Below, one piece after another: positions 19,344 to 28,598 of a DNA stretch of 64,000 bases (the first letter of the stretch is position 1; the number at the start of each line of letters is the position of its first letter). A model generated the notes under the pieces. It was not told where the DNA came from. It was given only the letters and a program-made list of their open reading frames with translations, and made no database searches. The stretch comes from Oligoflexales bacterium (lineage in GTDB: Bacteria; Bdellovibrionota_B; Oligoflexia; Oligoflexales; CAIYRB01), in assembly GCA_041736175.1 (NCBI GenBank), contig JBGSUI010000234.1, forward strand, positions 1 to 64,000. The letters are read 5' to 3'. Made by a program: the position numbers and the translations under genes.

Positions 19344-19958
19344 GTGAGTCTTGTATGTGCCGAATGCAGAATCAACCATCGGTGGTGTGTGTGCCAGGAC
19401 CAACCCCTTCTCCATAACAAGACCCGCGTCTCTTTGATCATCCATGCTTCTGACTATGGACGTGCTAGCAACACAGGTAGGCGCCTGGCAGGGGTTCTCT
19501 CTAACTGCAGCATCTCAATCCAAGGGTCCATGGAGGGCCCGCCCCTTTCGGAAACCCTGAGTCAAGGTGATTCCCAAGGTGTTATTTTGTATCCAGGACG
19601 ACAGGCAAAACCGCTCACTGCAGATAAGATTTTAGGGCTGAAAGAAGTCGTAGAGACAGGGAAGTTGACCCTTTTTGTCCCAGATGGCAACTGGAACCAG
19701 GCAGCTCATATGATGAAACGCATCCCCCTGCTCACCCGTCTGCCAGCGATTGAGCTTTCGGACCAGCACTTGCGCATGCTGCGGATGCGACAGAATCGGC
19801 AAATGGGAAGGATGTCTACTTTTGAGGCGGTTGCCAAAGTGCTCGGACTGATCGAAGATCCTACTATTGAACACCATTTAATGAAGCACTACGACCGCAT
19901 CGTCTCCCGTATGCTGATGATGCGGGGTAAGCTCAAGGCATGTGACCTCCCGACTTGA
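19344..19958 (+). CDS. DTW-domain protein (tRNA acp3U aminocarboxypropyltransferase, TapT-like)
   Basis: CxxC...CxC, SNTG, LYPG, DGNW (DxTW variant), STFEA. Confidence 0.85.
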   Translation: MSLVCAECRINHRWCVCQDQPLLHNKTRVSLIIHASDYGRASNTGRRLAGVLSNCSISIQGSMEGPPLSETLSQGDSQGVILYPGRQAKPLTADKILGLKEVVETGKLTLFVPDGNWNQAAHMMKRIPLLTRLPAIELSDQHLRMLRMRQNRQMGRMSTFEAVAKVLGLIEDPTIEHHLMKHYDRIVSRMLMMRGKLKACDLPT

Positions 19959-20062
19959 GGCTTCGAGCCATAAGGTCTACAATGAATGAAAAGTCTGATG
20001 CAACAAGGTTGCTCTTATGCTAGGTTCCGACTGCATTGGGGCTCAGGGTGCAGGAGGTATGG

Positions 20063-20728
20063 ATGGCCTGGCTACAGAAAACAGTTGGTTCGTCGGTCGG
20101 TGGTAAATTTGTCGTAGCAGTCACGGGACTCCTTTTGGTCTTGTTTCTTGTGGCGCACCTAGCTGGAAACCTGCTGGTTTTTAAGGGGCCAGACGCTTTG
20201 GCTGCCTATGCCCAGCAGCTCCATAGTCTCGGGCCAGTGGTCTGGATTGTCCGAATCGGACTTTTGGTGGTGGCTGTGGGCCATGTGGCGTTAGCCCTAA
20301 AGCTCAATCTGGCGAATCGAGCTGCGAGACCGATCCCCTATGCCAAAAAAATCTATTTGCGGGCCTCCGTAGCTTCCCGTTCTATGCTCCCCACGGGGCT
20401 CGTTTTGCTCGCTTTTATAGTGTTTCATCTAGCGGATTTTACCCTTAGAATCACCCGACATGAGTATCAGGCCTTAGGGCCCTACGATGTCTACCCGATG
20501 TTGATCGCAGGTTTTAGCAATCCCCTTCACGCGGGGTTTTATATCATTGCAATGATCGCCTTAGGTTTCCATTTAAACCATGGACTCAGCAGCGTCTTTC
20601 AAACATTAGGCCTGCGTCATCCCAAATACGACCCGCTTATTGGACTCATAGGACCTTTGTTAGGCTCCTTTTTAGCCTTAGGTTTTTTGTCGATACCCCT
20701 ATCCGTGATGCTTGGATTTGTGAAATAA
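20063..20728 (+). CDS. sdhC: Succinate dehydrogenase cytochrome b subunit
   Basis: SSVGGK...AVTG, HLAGNL, HLNHG; five TM helices; AGGAGG RBS; upstream of sdhA. Confidence 0.93.
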   Translation: MAWLQKTVGSSVGGKFVVAVTGLLLVLFLVAHLAGNLLVFKGPDALAAYAQQLHSLGPVVWIVRIGLLVVAVGHVALALKLNLANRAARPIPYAKKIYLRASVASRSMLPTGLVLLAFIVFHLADFTLRITRHEYQALGPYDVYPMLIAGFSNPLHAGFYIIAMIALGFHLNHGLSSVFQTLGLRHPKYDPLIGLIGPLLGSFLALGFLSIPLSVMLGFVK

Positions 20729-20808
20729 AGCACCAGTCCCAGTATGATCGCAGGTATAGATCTAGGACATTCCGATTCTTTAATTCATGGTGAGAAAGGC
20801 AAAGCACG

Positions 20809-22722
20809 ATGCAACTTGATGCCAAAATTCCATCAGGAAAGATCGCCGAAAAGTGGTCCAATCGTAAGTTCGAATACAAACTGGTTAACCCCGCAAATAA
20901 AAGGCGCTACTCGGTTATTGTCGTCGGTTCGGGGCTTGCGGGCGCCTCGGCGGCAGCGACTCTTGCAGAATTAGGCTACGATGTTAGCTGCTTTTGCTTT
21001 CAAGATAGCCCCCGTCGGGCCCATTCGATTGCCGCCCAAGGAGGCATCAACGCTGCAAAAAACTACCGAGGCGATGGGGATAGTATCTACCGGCTCTTCT
21101 ACGATACCGTAAAGGGCGGGGATTTCAGGGCTCGGGAAGCCAATGTCCACCGATTGGCCGAAGTAAGCGTCGATATCATCGACCAATGTACGGCCCAAGG
21201 GGTTCCCTTTGCTAGAGAGTATGGCGGTTTGCTTGATACCCGGTCCTTTGGGGGTGCGCAGCTTGCCAGGACTTTTTATGCCAAAGGCCAGACGGGCCAA
21301 CAGCTGTTGATTGGAGCCTACCAAGCCCTAAGCCGACAGATCGGACTGGGTAAGGTCAAAATGTATCCCAGGACCGAAATGCTCGATGTGGTGATTGACG
21401 GTGGTAAGGCACGGGGAATCATTGTCAGAGATCTTGTGACAGGGGCTATTTCAAGTCATTCCGCCCATGCGGTGGTTTTAGCGACCGGGGGATATGGGAA
21501 TGTCTTTTATCTTTCCACAAATGCTAAGGGTTGCAATGTAACGGCAACCTACCGGGCTTATAAAAAGGGCGCAGGATTTGCCAATCCATGCTTTACCCAA
21601 ATACACCCGACCTGTATTCCCGTCAGCGGGGACTATCAGAGCAAGTTGACCCTGATGTCAGAATCCCTTCGCAATGATGGGCGGGTATGGGTTCCCAGCA
21701 AAGGCAAAGACCCTCGGGTGCCTAAGGATATTCCTGATTCTGAACGCGACTATTATCTCGAGCGAAAGTATCCCAGCTTTGGCAATCTAGCTCCCAGGGA
21801 TATCGCCTCTCGATCCGCAAAACAAGTTTGTGACGAAGGCAAGGGGATTGGGGAATCCGGTTTAGGGGTTTATTTGGATTTCCGAGATGCGATCAAAAGG
21901 GATGGTAAAGCTGCCATTAGCCAGAGATATGGCAATCTCTTTCATATGTATCACAAGATCACCGCCGAAGACCCATACCAGGTGCCCATGCGAATCTATC
22001 CAGCAGTCCATTACACGATGGGTGGTCTATGGGTTGACTACAATCTCATGAGCAACATTCCAGGGCTCTTTGTGATTGGGGAAGCAAATTTTTCCGACCA
22101 TGGTGCTAACCGATTGGGTGCCAGTGCCCTGATGCAAGGTTTAGCCGATGGGTATTTTATTCTACCTTATTCTTTGAGCGATTTTCTTGCGGGGGAAGAA
22201 CGTAAGTCAGTCTCTAATGACACCGCAGCTTTTTCAGAAGCAACCAAGGCCGTTTCCAACCAGATCAATAAATTCCTTGGAATCAAAGGCAAGCGCTCCC
22301 CGGACTCCTTCCATAAAGAACTGGGGAAAATCATGTGGGATGATTGCGGCATGGCCCGTAACAAAGCCGGGCTTGAAAAGGCCCTCAAGCGGATTCCCGA
22401 ACTTCGGGAAGAATTCCATAAAAATCTTCTGATCAATGGCTCGGACTCCTCTATGAATCAAGAGCTTGAAAAAGCTGGACGGATTGCGGATTTTCTAGAG
22501 TTTGGGGAACTCATGTGCCGTGATGCTCTTACGCGGGACGAATCCTGTGGCGGGCACTTTCGCGAAGAGCACCAGACGCCCGATGGCGAAGCGCTTAGGC
22601 ATGACGATCAGTTTGCCCATGCTGCGGTATGGGAATATAAGGGCCAGACCACCGCTCCCATACGGCACCAGGAACCATTGGTTTTTGAGAATGTTAAACT
22701 CGCAACAAGGAGTTATAAATAA
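20809..22722 (+). CDS. sdhA: Succinate dehydrogenase/fumarate reductase flavoprotein subunit
   Basis: [20 protein letters not shown] (FAD-His), QIHPT, HYTMGG, HGANRLG. Confidence 0.97.
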   Translation: MQLDAKIPSGKIAEKWSNRKFEYKLVNPANKRRYSVIVVGSGLAGASAAATLAELGYDVSCFCFQDSPRRAHSIAAQGGINAAKNYRGDGDSIYRLFYDTVKGGDFRAREANVHRLAEVSVDIIDQCTAQGVPFAREYGGLLDTRSFGGAQLARTFYAKGQTGQQLLIGAYQALSRQIGLGKVKMYPRTEMLDVVIDGGKARGIIVRDLVTGAISSHSAHAVVLATGGYGNVFYLSTNAKGCNVTATYRAYKKGAGFANPCFTQIHPTCIPVSGDYQSKLTLMSESLRNDGRVWVPSKGKDPRVPKDIPDSERDYYLERKYPSFGNLAPRDIASRSAKQVCDEGKGIGESGLGVYLDFRDAIKRDGKAAISQRYGNLFHMYHKITAEDPYQVPMRIYPAVHYTMGGLWVDYNLMSNIPGLFVIGEANFSDHGANRLGASALMQGLADGYFILPYSLSDFLAGEERKSVSNDTAAFSEATKAVSNQINKFLGIKGKRSPDSFHKELGKIMWDDCGMARNKAGLEKALKRIPELREEFHKNLLINGSDSSMNQELEKAGRIADFLEFGELMCRDALTRDESCGGHFREEHQTPDGEALRHDDQFAHAAVWEYKGQTTAPIRHQEPLVFENVKLATRSYK

Positions 22723-23492
22723 TGCGCCTCAAACTGCATATTTGGCGGCAAAAATCCGCGACTCAAACCGGTGCTCTCCAAGCCTATGATTTAGATGACG
22801 TGAGCACACACATGTCTTTTCTGGAGATGTTAGATGTGCTCAACGAAAAGTTGATCTTGGAAAAGCAAGATCCAGTTTCCTTTGATCACGACTGTCGCGA
22901 AGGGATCTGTGGCTCATGCTCTCTCGTGATCAACGGAAAACCCCATGGCCCTGACGAGGGGACCACGGCTTGCCAGCTTCATATGCGACGATTTAAGGAC
23001 GGAGACGAGATCTTTATCGAGCCCTGGCGTGCCAAGGCTTTTCCGGTCCTTAAAGACTTGGTGGTCGATCGATCTGCATTAGACCGGATTGTCCAAGCCG
23101 GGGGTTTTATATCGGCAAGCACCGGCGGGGCTCCCGATGCAAACAATCTTCTGATTCCTAAGCTCGATGCCGATCGTGCAATGGATGCAGCCGCATGCAT
23201 TGGTTGTGGGGCCTGTGTGGCCGCTTGCAAAAACTCATCTGCCATGCTTTTTACAGCAGCAAAAGTCTCCCATCTTTCCCTTTTGCCCCAAGGCCAACCT
23301 GAGCGCCAGCAAAGGGTGTTAAAAATGGTTGAGCGGATGGACCAAGAGGGTTTTGGCAACTGTACCAATCAGTATGAATGCGAAGCCGCTTGTCCCAAAG
23401 AGATAAGCGTTGATTTTATCGCGAGGATGAATCGCGATTACCTTAAGGCGTCAGCCTTTGCCAGACCAAATCAGCAAGGGCAAGAGGATTGA
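22722..23492 (+). CDS. sdhB: Succinate dehydrogenase iron-sulfur subunit
   Basis: [32 protein letters not shown]. Confidence 0.97.
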   Translation: MRLKLHIWRQKSATQTGALQAYDLDDVSTHMSFLEMLDVLNEKLILEKQDPVSFDHDCREGICGSCSLVINGKPHGPDEGTTACQLHMRRFKDGDEIFIEPWRAKAFPVLKDLVVDRSALDRIVQAGGFISASTGGAPDANNLLIPKLDADRAMDAAACIGCGACVAACKNSSAMLFTAAKVSHLSLLPQGQPERQQRVLKMVERMDQEGFGNCTNQYECEAACPKEISVDFIARMNRDYLKASAFARPNQQGQED

Positions 23493-23520
23493 CAATTAAG
23501 GATATGATCGAGGATTTTTT

Positions 23521-23760
23521 ATGAAGTTTGAAGTGATTGTACACGTTAAAGCCGAAGTCCTAGATCCGGAAGCTAGGGCCATAACAGAAACCTTACATCG
23601 TTTAGGGATGCCCCAGGTCAAGAATATCGAGGTGGCCAAAAGATACGTCTTGGACATCGATCAGCCGACCGAGGCAGCGGCGAAAGACCAGGTGGAGTCG
23701 ATCGCCAGGGAGTATCTTGCAAACGCAGTATCCGAAACGTATCAAGTGAGACGCATGTGA
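23521..23760 (+). CDS. purS: FGAM synthase subunit PurS
   Basis: VLDPE...LANAVSETY; precedes purQ. Confidence 0.92.
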   Translation: MKFEVIVHVKAEVLDPEARAITETLHRLGMPQVKNIEVAKRYVLDIDQPTEAAAKDQVESIAREYLANAVSETYQVRRM

Positions 23761-24449
23761 GCACTAAACTCGCCATCATCCAATTTCCAGGTTCAAACTG
23801 TGACCAAGATATTTTAGAGGCTTTTACGAGGCACTTTGGTGTGATGTCGACGTTTGTTTGGCATACGGAAAACCGGCTGCCTAAAGTGGACGGTGTGATT
23901 ATACCCGGTGGGTTTAGCTTTGGTGACTATCTCAGAAGCGGGGCTTTGGCGGCCCATTCACCGATCATGCAAGAGGTTAAATCTTTTGGGCGCGCTGGGG
24001 GCCCGGTCCTTGGGATCTGCAATGGATTTCAGATTCTCACGGAATCCATGATGCTGCCAGGTGCCCTCTTGCGCAACAAAAACCGAAAATTTATCTGTAA
24101 ATACCTTTATCTTCAGGCCCATGGGGGGCGATCATCCTACCATCAAGAGCTTGCTGGTCGTACCCTTGCCATGCCTATAGCTCATGGTGAAGGAAATTAT
24201 TATATCGACGAAGAAGGGTATAAAACTCTCGAAGGGGAGGGGCAGATCCTATTCAAATACGCGGCGAGCCCCCAAGATCGTGAAGGTGGAAATCCCAATG
24301 GATCGAAGGGTTCCATTGCCGGGATTGTGAGTTCAAATGGGCGTGTGATGGGACTGATGCCTCATCCTGAAAGGGCCACCGATCAGATTTTAGGTGGAAG
24401 CAGCGATGGTCTTTTGGTCTTGAAAGCGTTTCTCAATACAACAATGTGA
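23757..24449 (+). CDS. purQ: FGAM synthase glutaminase subunit PurQ
   Basis: FPGSNCD, GICNGFQIL, MPHPER. Confidence 0.97.
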   Translation: MSTKLAIIQFPGSNCDQDILEAFTRHFGVMSTFVWHTENRLPKVDGVIIPGGFSFGDYLRSGALAAHSPIMQEVKSFGRAGGPVLGICNGFQILTESMMLPGALLRNKNRKFICKYLYLQAHGGRSSYHQELAGRTLAMPIAHGEGNYYIDEEGYKTLEGEGQILFKYAASPQDREGGNPNGSKGSIAGIVSSNGRVMGLMPHPERATDQILGGSSDGLLVLKAFLNTTM

Positions 24450-24490
24450 ACTGAGCCTCGTTTTACAGCTCATTCTGTAAAGGGTCTATT

Positions 24491-26869
24491 ATGTCTACCT
24501 CGATTTCTGGGGATTACAGCTCCTATCCCTTGGCAAAAACAATTTGCGACCAACCTTGCAGTGAGTTTAGCGAGCTCCTCAGATCCCACAAGATCTCTGA
24601 TACTGAATATGTCCGTATCAGAAACATCTTAAACCGCCCCCCGACGATGGCCGAACTGGGGATATTTTCGGCCATGTGGAGTGAGCACTGTAGCTATAAA
24701 TCGAGCCGCGTCCACCTTAAGCGGCTTCCCACCAAGGGCCCTCAGGTCGTAGTGGGGCCGGGTGAAAATGCTGGTGTCGTCAGGATATCCGGCAAATTAT
24801 GCGTTGCTTTTAAAATGGAAAGTCATAATCACCCGAGTTATATCGAGCCTTACCAAGGCGCGGCAACGGGTGTCGGCGGGATCCTCCGGGATGTTTTTTG
24901 TATGGGGGCTCGCCCCTTCGCCAACCTAAACTGTCTTAGATTTGGTGAACGCATCCACCCACGGACCAAATATCTTGTGACTAACGTCGTCAAAGGTATC
25001 GGTGACTATGGAAACTGCATTGGTGTACCGACAGTCGGTGGCAGTGTATCCTACCATAAGAGTTATAATGGCAACTGCCTGGTCAATGCCATGACCCTTG
25101 GAACCATTCACGAAGACCAAATTTTTAAGGGTTTTGCACGAGGACCAGGAAATCTCGTTGTGTATGTGGGCTCGGCCACCGGGCGTGACGGGATCCATGG
25201 TGCAACCATGGCCTCCGATCGGTTTGATAGCCAGGCTTCCAAGTCAAAAACCACGATTCAAGTGGGAGACCCCTTTAAGGAAAAACTTCTCCTTGAGGCG
25301 ACTCTTGAAGTCCTCGACAAGGGACTCGTGGTGGGCCTCCAAGATATGGGTGCAGCAGGTCTCACCTCATCAGCGTTCGAAATGGCGGGACGTGCAGAAA
25401 ATGGCCTCCTGATTGATTTGGATAAAGTGCCAATCCGGACATCAGCCATGTCGGCCTATGAGCTTTTGCTTTCGGAATCCCAAGAGCGGATGCTTATGGT
25501 GATTAAACCTGAATGTTGGGAACCACTCAAAGAAATCCTCGATCGTTGGCTCCTCGATGCGGCCATTATCGGTAAGGTGACCACCACAGGACGGGTACAG
25601 ATTTACCACCAGGGGATTCTTGAGGCCGACGTACCAGTCGGTCCAATCACGGACGATGCGCCCCAATACACGCGACCTATCAAGGCTCGTAGCGAAGAGG
25701 TTTGGAGTGAGGAAGAAATCCGTCAGTCTGATAGGGACATATGCGCAAAAATAGCCAAATGGGGTGTCCTTGAGTCCCTTAAAAACCTTATGGAAGAACC
25801 TGGTGATATCACCTCGATCCACCTCCAGTACGACAAACATATTGGCAATCGCACGGTCAAAGGCCCCGAGTCTCAAGGTGCTGCAGTCCTTTGGATGAAA
25901 TCTGATCTCGCTGATCCCCAGGAGCCGTGGCTGGGCGTAGCCACTGTGGCTCTCTGTAACGAACGTTATTGTTTGGTAGACCCCTTCTGGGGTGCAGCCC
26001 ATGGGGTGACGAAGGCTGCCCGCATGATCGCCGCCGCGGGCGGAAAAGGTCTCGCCACAACCGATTGTCTCAACTACGGGAATCCCGAAAACCCAGAGGT
26101 CATGTGGGAGATTTCCCAAGGAATCGATGGGATTGGCCTTGCATGTCAGGAACTTCAGACTCCGATTGTCAGTGGAAACGTCAGTCTCTACAACGAGACG
26201 GATGGTCAAAGCATCGCTCCGACGCCGATGATCGGCATGGTTGGAAAAGTAGATGATGTTCGCCTCAGCCCCTCGGCAACGATCGTTGGTGGAGGAGACC
26301 TCTATCTGATCACTCCAAAGGGGCTCTCTCCTCGATTTGGCGGTTCGCTTGTAGCAAAAGCGATGGGAGTGTCCAAGTGTGGTCCGATCCCCGCGATCTC
26401 TTGGGACGGCGAGCGAGAGTCTATGAATTTCCTATTAACTATGACTAGGCTTGGGGCCCTGCAGTCGTGCAGGGATATTGGGAGCGGGGGACTGCTGGTA
26501 ACAGCTACCAAGATGATCCTTTCTTCCGATCCTAACCAGGAAGGTTACCAACTGGATCTCGATGGGGCGGCGATTCAGTCAGCCCAGCTTGGGCAGGACC
26601 AAAAGCTCAGCCAAAAGCTCTCTTCAACTCCCGAGATCTTATGTGCCCTCGGTGAACGATCGGGATCCTATCTGGTCGTCCTCCACCAAGATAAGATCCC
26701 TCTATGCCGCGACGAAATCCAGGACCTCAAATACAATCATTTTACAAAAATTGGTGTTATAACCAAATCCGCAACGTCGGCATTAAGCTGGAGTCAAAGT
26801 GACTCAATGCCTTTCCAGGTCTCGATAAAGGAACTTTTGCCAAGTTTTCAAAAGTGGTCAACGACCTGA
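24491..26869 (+). CDS. purL: FGAM synthase subunit PurL
   Basis: [41 protein letters not shown]. Confidence 0.97.
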   Translation: MSTSISGDYSSYPLAKTICDQPCSEFSELLRSHKISDTEYVRIRNILNRPPTMAELGIFSAMWSEHCSYKSSRVHLKRLPTKGPQVVVGPGENAGVVRISGKLCVAFKMESHNHPSYIEPYQGAATGVGGILRDVFCMGARPFANLNCLRFGERIHPRTKYLVTNVVKGIGDYGNCIGVPTVGGSVSYHKSYNGNCLVNAMTLGTIHEDQIFKGFARGPGNLVVYVGSATGRDGIHGATMASDRFDSQASKSKTTIQVGDPFKEKLLLEATLEVLDKGLVVGLQDMGAAGLTSSAFEMAGRAENGLLIDLDKVPIRTSAMSAYELLLSESQERMLMVIKPECWEPLKEILDRWLLDAAIIGKVTTTGRVQIYHQGILEADVPVGPITDDAPQYTRPIKARSEEVWSEEEIRQSDRDICAKIAKWGVLESLKNLMEEPGDITSIHLQYDKHIGNRTVKGPESQGAAVLWMKSDLADPQEPWLGVATVALCNERYCLVDPFWGAAHGVTKAARMIAAAGGKGLATTDCLNYGNPENPEVMWEISQGIDGIGLACQELQTPIVSGNVSLYNETDGQSIAPTPMIGMVGKVDDVRLSPSATIVGGGDLYLITPKGLSPRFGGSLVAKAMGVSKCGPIPAISWDGERESMNFLLTMTRLGALQSCRDIGSGGLLVTATKMILSSDPNQEGYQLDLDGAAIQSAQLGQDQKLSQKLSSTPEILCALGERSGSYLVVLHQDKIPLCRDEIQDLKYNHFTKIGVITKSATSALSWSQSDSMPFQVSIKELLPSFQKWSTT

Positions 26870-26915
26870 TTTTTAATAGACGCTCCTCACCTACTTATGC
26901 CTAAGGATCGACTTT

Positions 26916-28358
26916 ATGGGCTTCAAAGATGAATGCGGTGTCGCCGGAATTATAGGGGATCCCTCTGCAGCCAATTTGGTTTATCTGTGCCTCTTTGCCC
27001 AGCAGCATCGAGGCCAAGAAGGTTGTGGAATTGCAAGTTTTGAGGCTAAACAGAACGAGGTGTTGACCCATAGCCACAAATCTTTTGGCTTAGTGGCCGA
27101 GAGCTTTAGCTCCGAGATTTTGAGCAAGCTTCATGGAGACTCGGCTATTGGACATGTTCGCTATTCGACCCAAGGAGGGCACTTTTTAGCCAATATTCAG
27201 CCCTTTTATTTTAAATCTCGCCTAGGTCCCTTAGCCATCGCCCATAATGGCAACCTTACCAATGGTGAGATCCTAAGACAAGAATTAGAATCCATGGGTT
27301 CTATCTTCCAAAGCACGTCCGATACCGAAGTCTTTGTCCATCTTATAGCTAGAGCCCAGTCAGATCTGATCCATGAACGTATCTTTACTGCGATGGCACA
27401 AACCAAGGGAGCCTATTCACTCATTATACTTGCTAAGGACTGTCTATATGCGGTGCGAGATCCCTATGGATTTAGACCTTTAGTGATAGGCAAAAAGAAT
27501 GACTCTTATGTGGTCGTGAGCGAAACCTGTGCCCTTGACCTTATCGACGCCACTTTGATTCGGGAAGTCAAACCAGGGGAAGTTGTTGAAATCTCCAAAG
27601 ACGGAGTCATGAATAGTTATTTCCCCTTGCAATCCCAGTCCCAATCCTTCTGCGCCTTCGAGCCTATTTATTTTGCCCGACCGGATAGCAAAGTCTTTGG
27701 ATCGATGGTTTATCATCAGCGCAAAAACCTGGGGAGAGCTCTTGCGGAGGAGGCTCCTGTCCCTGATGCCGATATTGTGATCCCTGTGCCTGACTCTGGG
27801 ATTCCTATGGCCCTTGGATTTGCCGAATTCTCTGGGACTAAATTTGAAACCGGGCTTGTCAGAAATCACTATGTGGGTAGAACCTTTATCCAACCAGCGC
27901 AGGATATCCGGGATTTCGGCGTACGACTAAAACTCAACCCTATACCTGAGGTGTTGCAAAATAAAAACGTAGTGGTGGTGGATGACTCTCTCGTACGCGG
28001 AACAACTGCTGCTAAAATCATAAGGATGATTCGCCAAGCGGGAGCCAAACAAATCCATGTTCGCATTGGTTCGCCACCTATTACCCACTCTTGTTTTTAT
28101 GGGGTTGACACCCCGATGCGCGAAAAGCTGATGGCTGCCCAGATGAACGTGGATGAAATAAGAAATCTCCTAGGGTGTGATAGCCTGGGCTATTTAAGCA
28201 TAGAAGGGCTGCAAAAGACCTTACGAGAAAACCTCAAAGGTGATCGATATTGTATGGCCTGCTTTAATGGTAAATACCCAGAAAACACATTTACCGAAAT
28301 CTCAGCACAGCCCACCGACCGTCTAGGACCGGGGCTATTGTCTAGAGCTTTGTCCTGA
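26916..28358 (+). CDS. purF: Amidophosphoribosyltransferase (propeptide, Fe-S type)
   Basis: ECG N-terminal nucleophile, QHRGQE, VDDSLVRGTT, Cys ligands in CAFE, CFYG, CMAC. Confidence 0.97.
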   Translation: MGFKDECGVAGIIGDPSAANLVYLCLFAQQHRGQEGCGIASFEAKQNEVLTHSHKSFGLVAESFSSEILSKLHGDSAIGHVRYSTQGGHFLANIQPFYFKSRLGPLAIAHNGNLTNGEILRQELESMGSIFQSTSDTEVFVHLIARAQSDLIHERIFTAMAQTKGAYSLIILAKDCLYAVRDPYGFRPLVIGKKNDSYVVVSETCALDLIDATLIREVKPGEVVEISKDGVMNSYFPLQSQSQSFCAFEPIYFARPDSKVFGSMVYHQRKNLGRALAEEAPVPDADIVIPVPDSGIPMALGFAEFSGTKFETGLVRNHYVGRTFIQPAQDIRDFGVRLKLNPIPEVLQNKNVVVVDDSLVRGTTAAKIIRMIRQAGAKQIHVRIGSPPITHSCFYGVDTPMREKLMAAQMNVDEIRNLLGCDSLGYLSIEGLQKTLRENLKGDRYCMACFNGKYPENTFTEISAQPTDRLGPGLLSRALS

Positions 28359-28500
28359 TAAAGCGGCAAAGTCGAAAATCTACCCAATGTGTCGATTGAT
28401 TTGACACCTTGGGAACGGGCATATGGAGGAAAAGTTGGGAACTTTAGTTCTATTGTGCCCAAAATGTTCACTTTGATTGCAAACGATCATATACAAAGTC

Positions 28501-28517
28501 TTGGCTCATCCCTTGCA
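28501..28517 (+). promoter_or_regulatory. sigma54 (-24/-12) promoter
   Basis: TTGGCTCATCCCTTGCA = GG-N10-GC, about 80 bp upstream of ORF 28599. Confidence 0.7.
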
Positions 28518-28598
28518 TAGCTTCTCCTTTGTCTAGCCCCTCTCGCGAAAGGGGTATCTTTTAGACAAAACAGTCTCCTATTAAGTTAAGAATCTAAA

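Noticed and set aside
25442..26209. 255-aa minus-strand ORF
   Set aside because: Entirely antisense to conserved purL with no motifs; shadow ORF
26599..26620. Short tandem duplication CCAAAAGCTCAG/CCAAAAGCTC (QKLSQKLS) in purL
   Set aside because: In-frame two-copy micro-duplication in a divergent C-terminal region; no sign of a phase-variable tract
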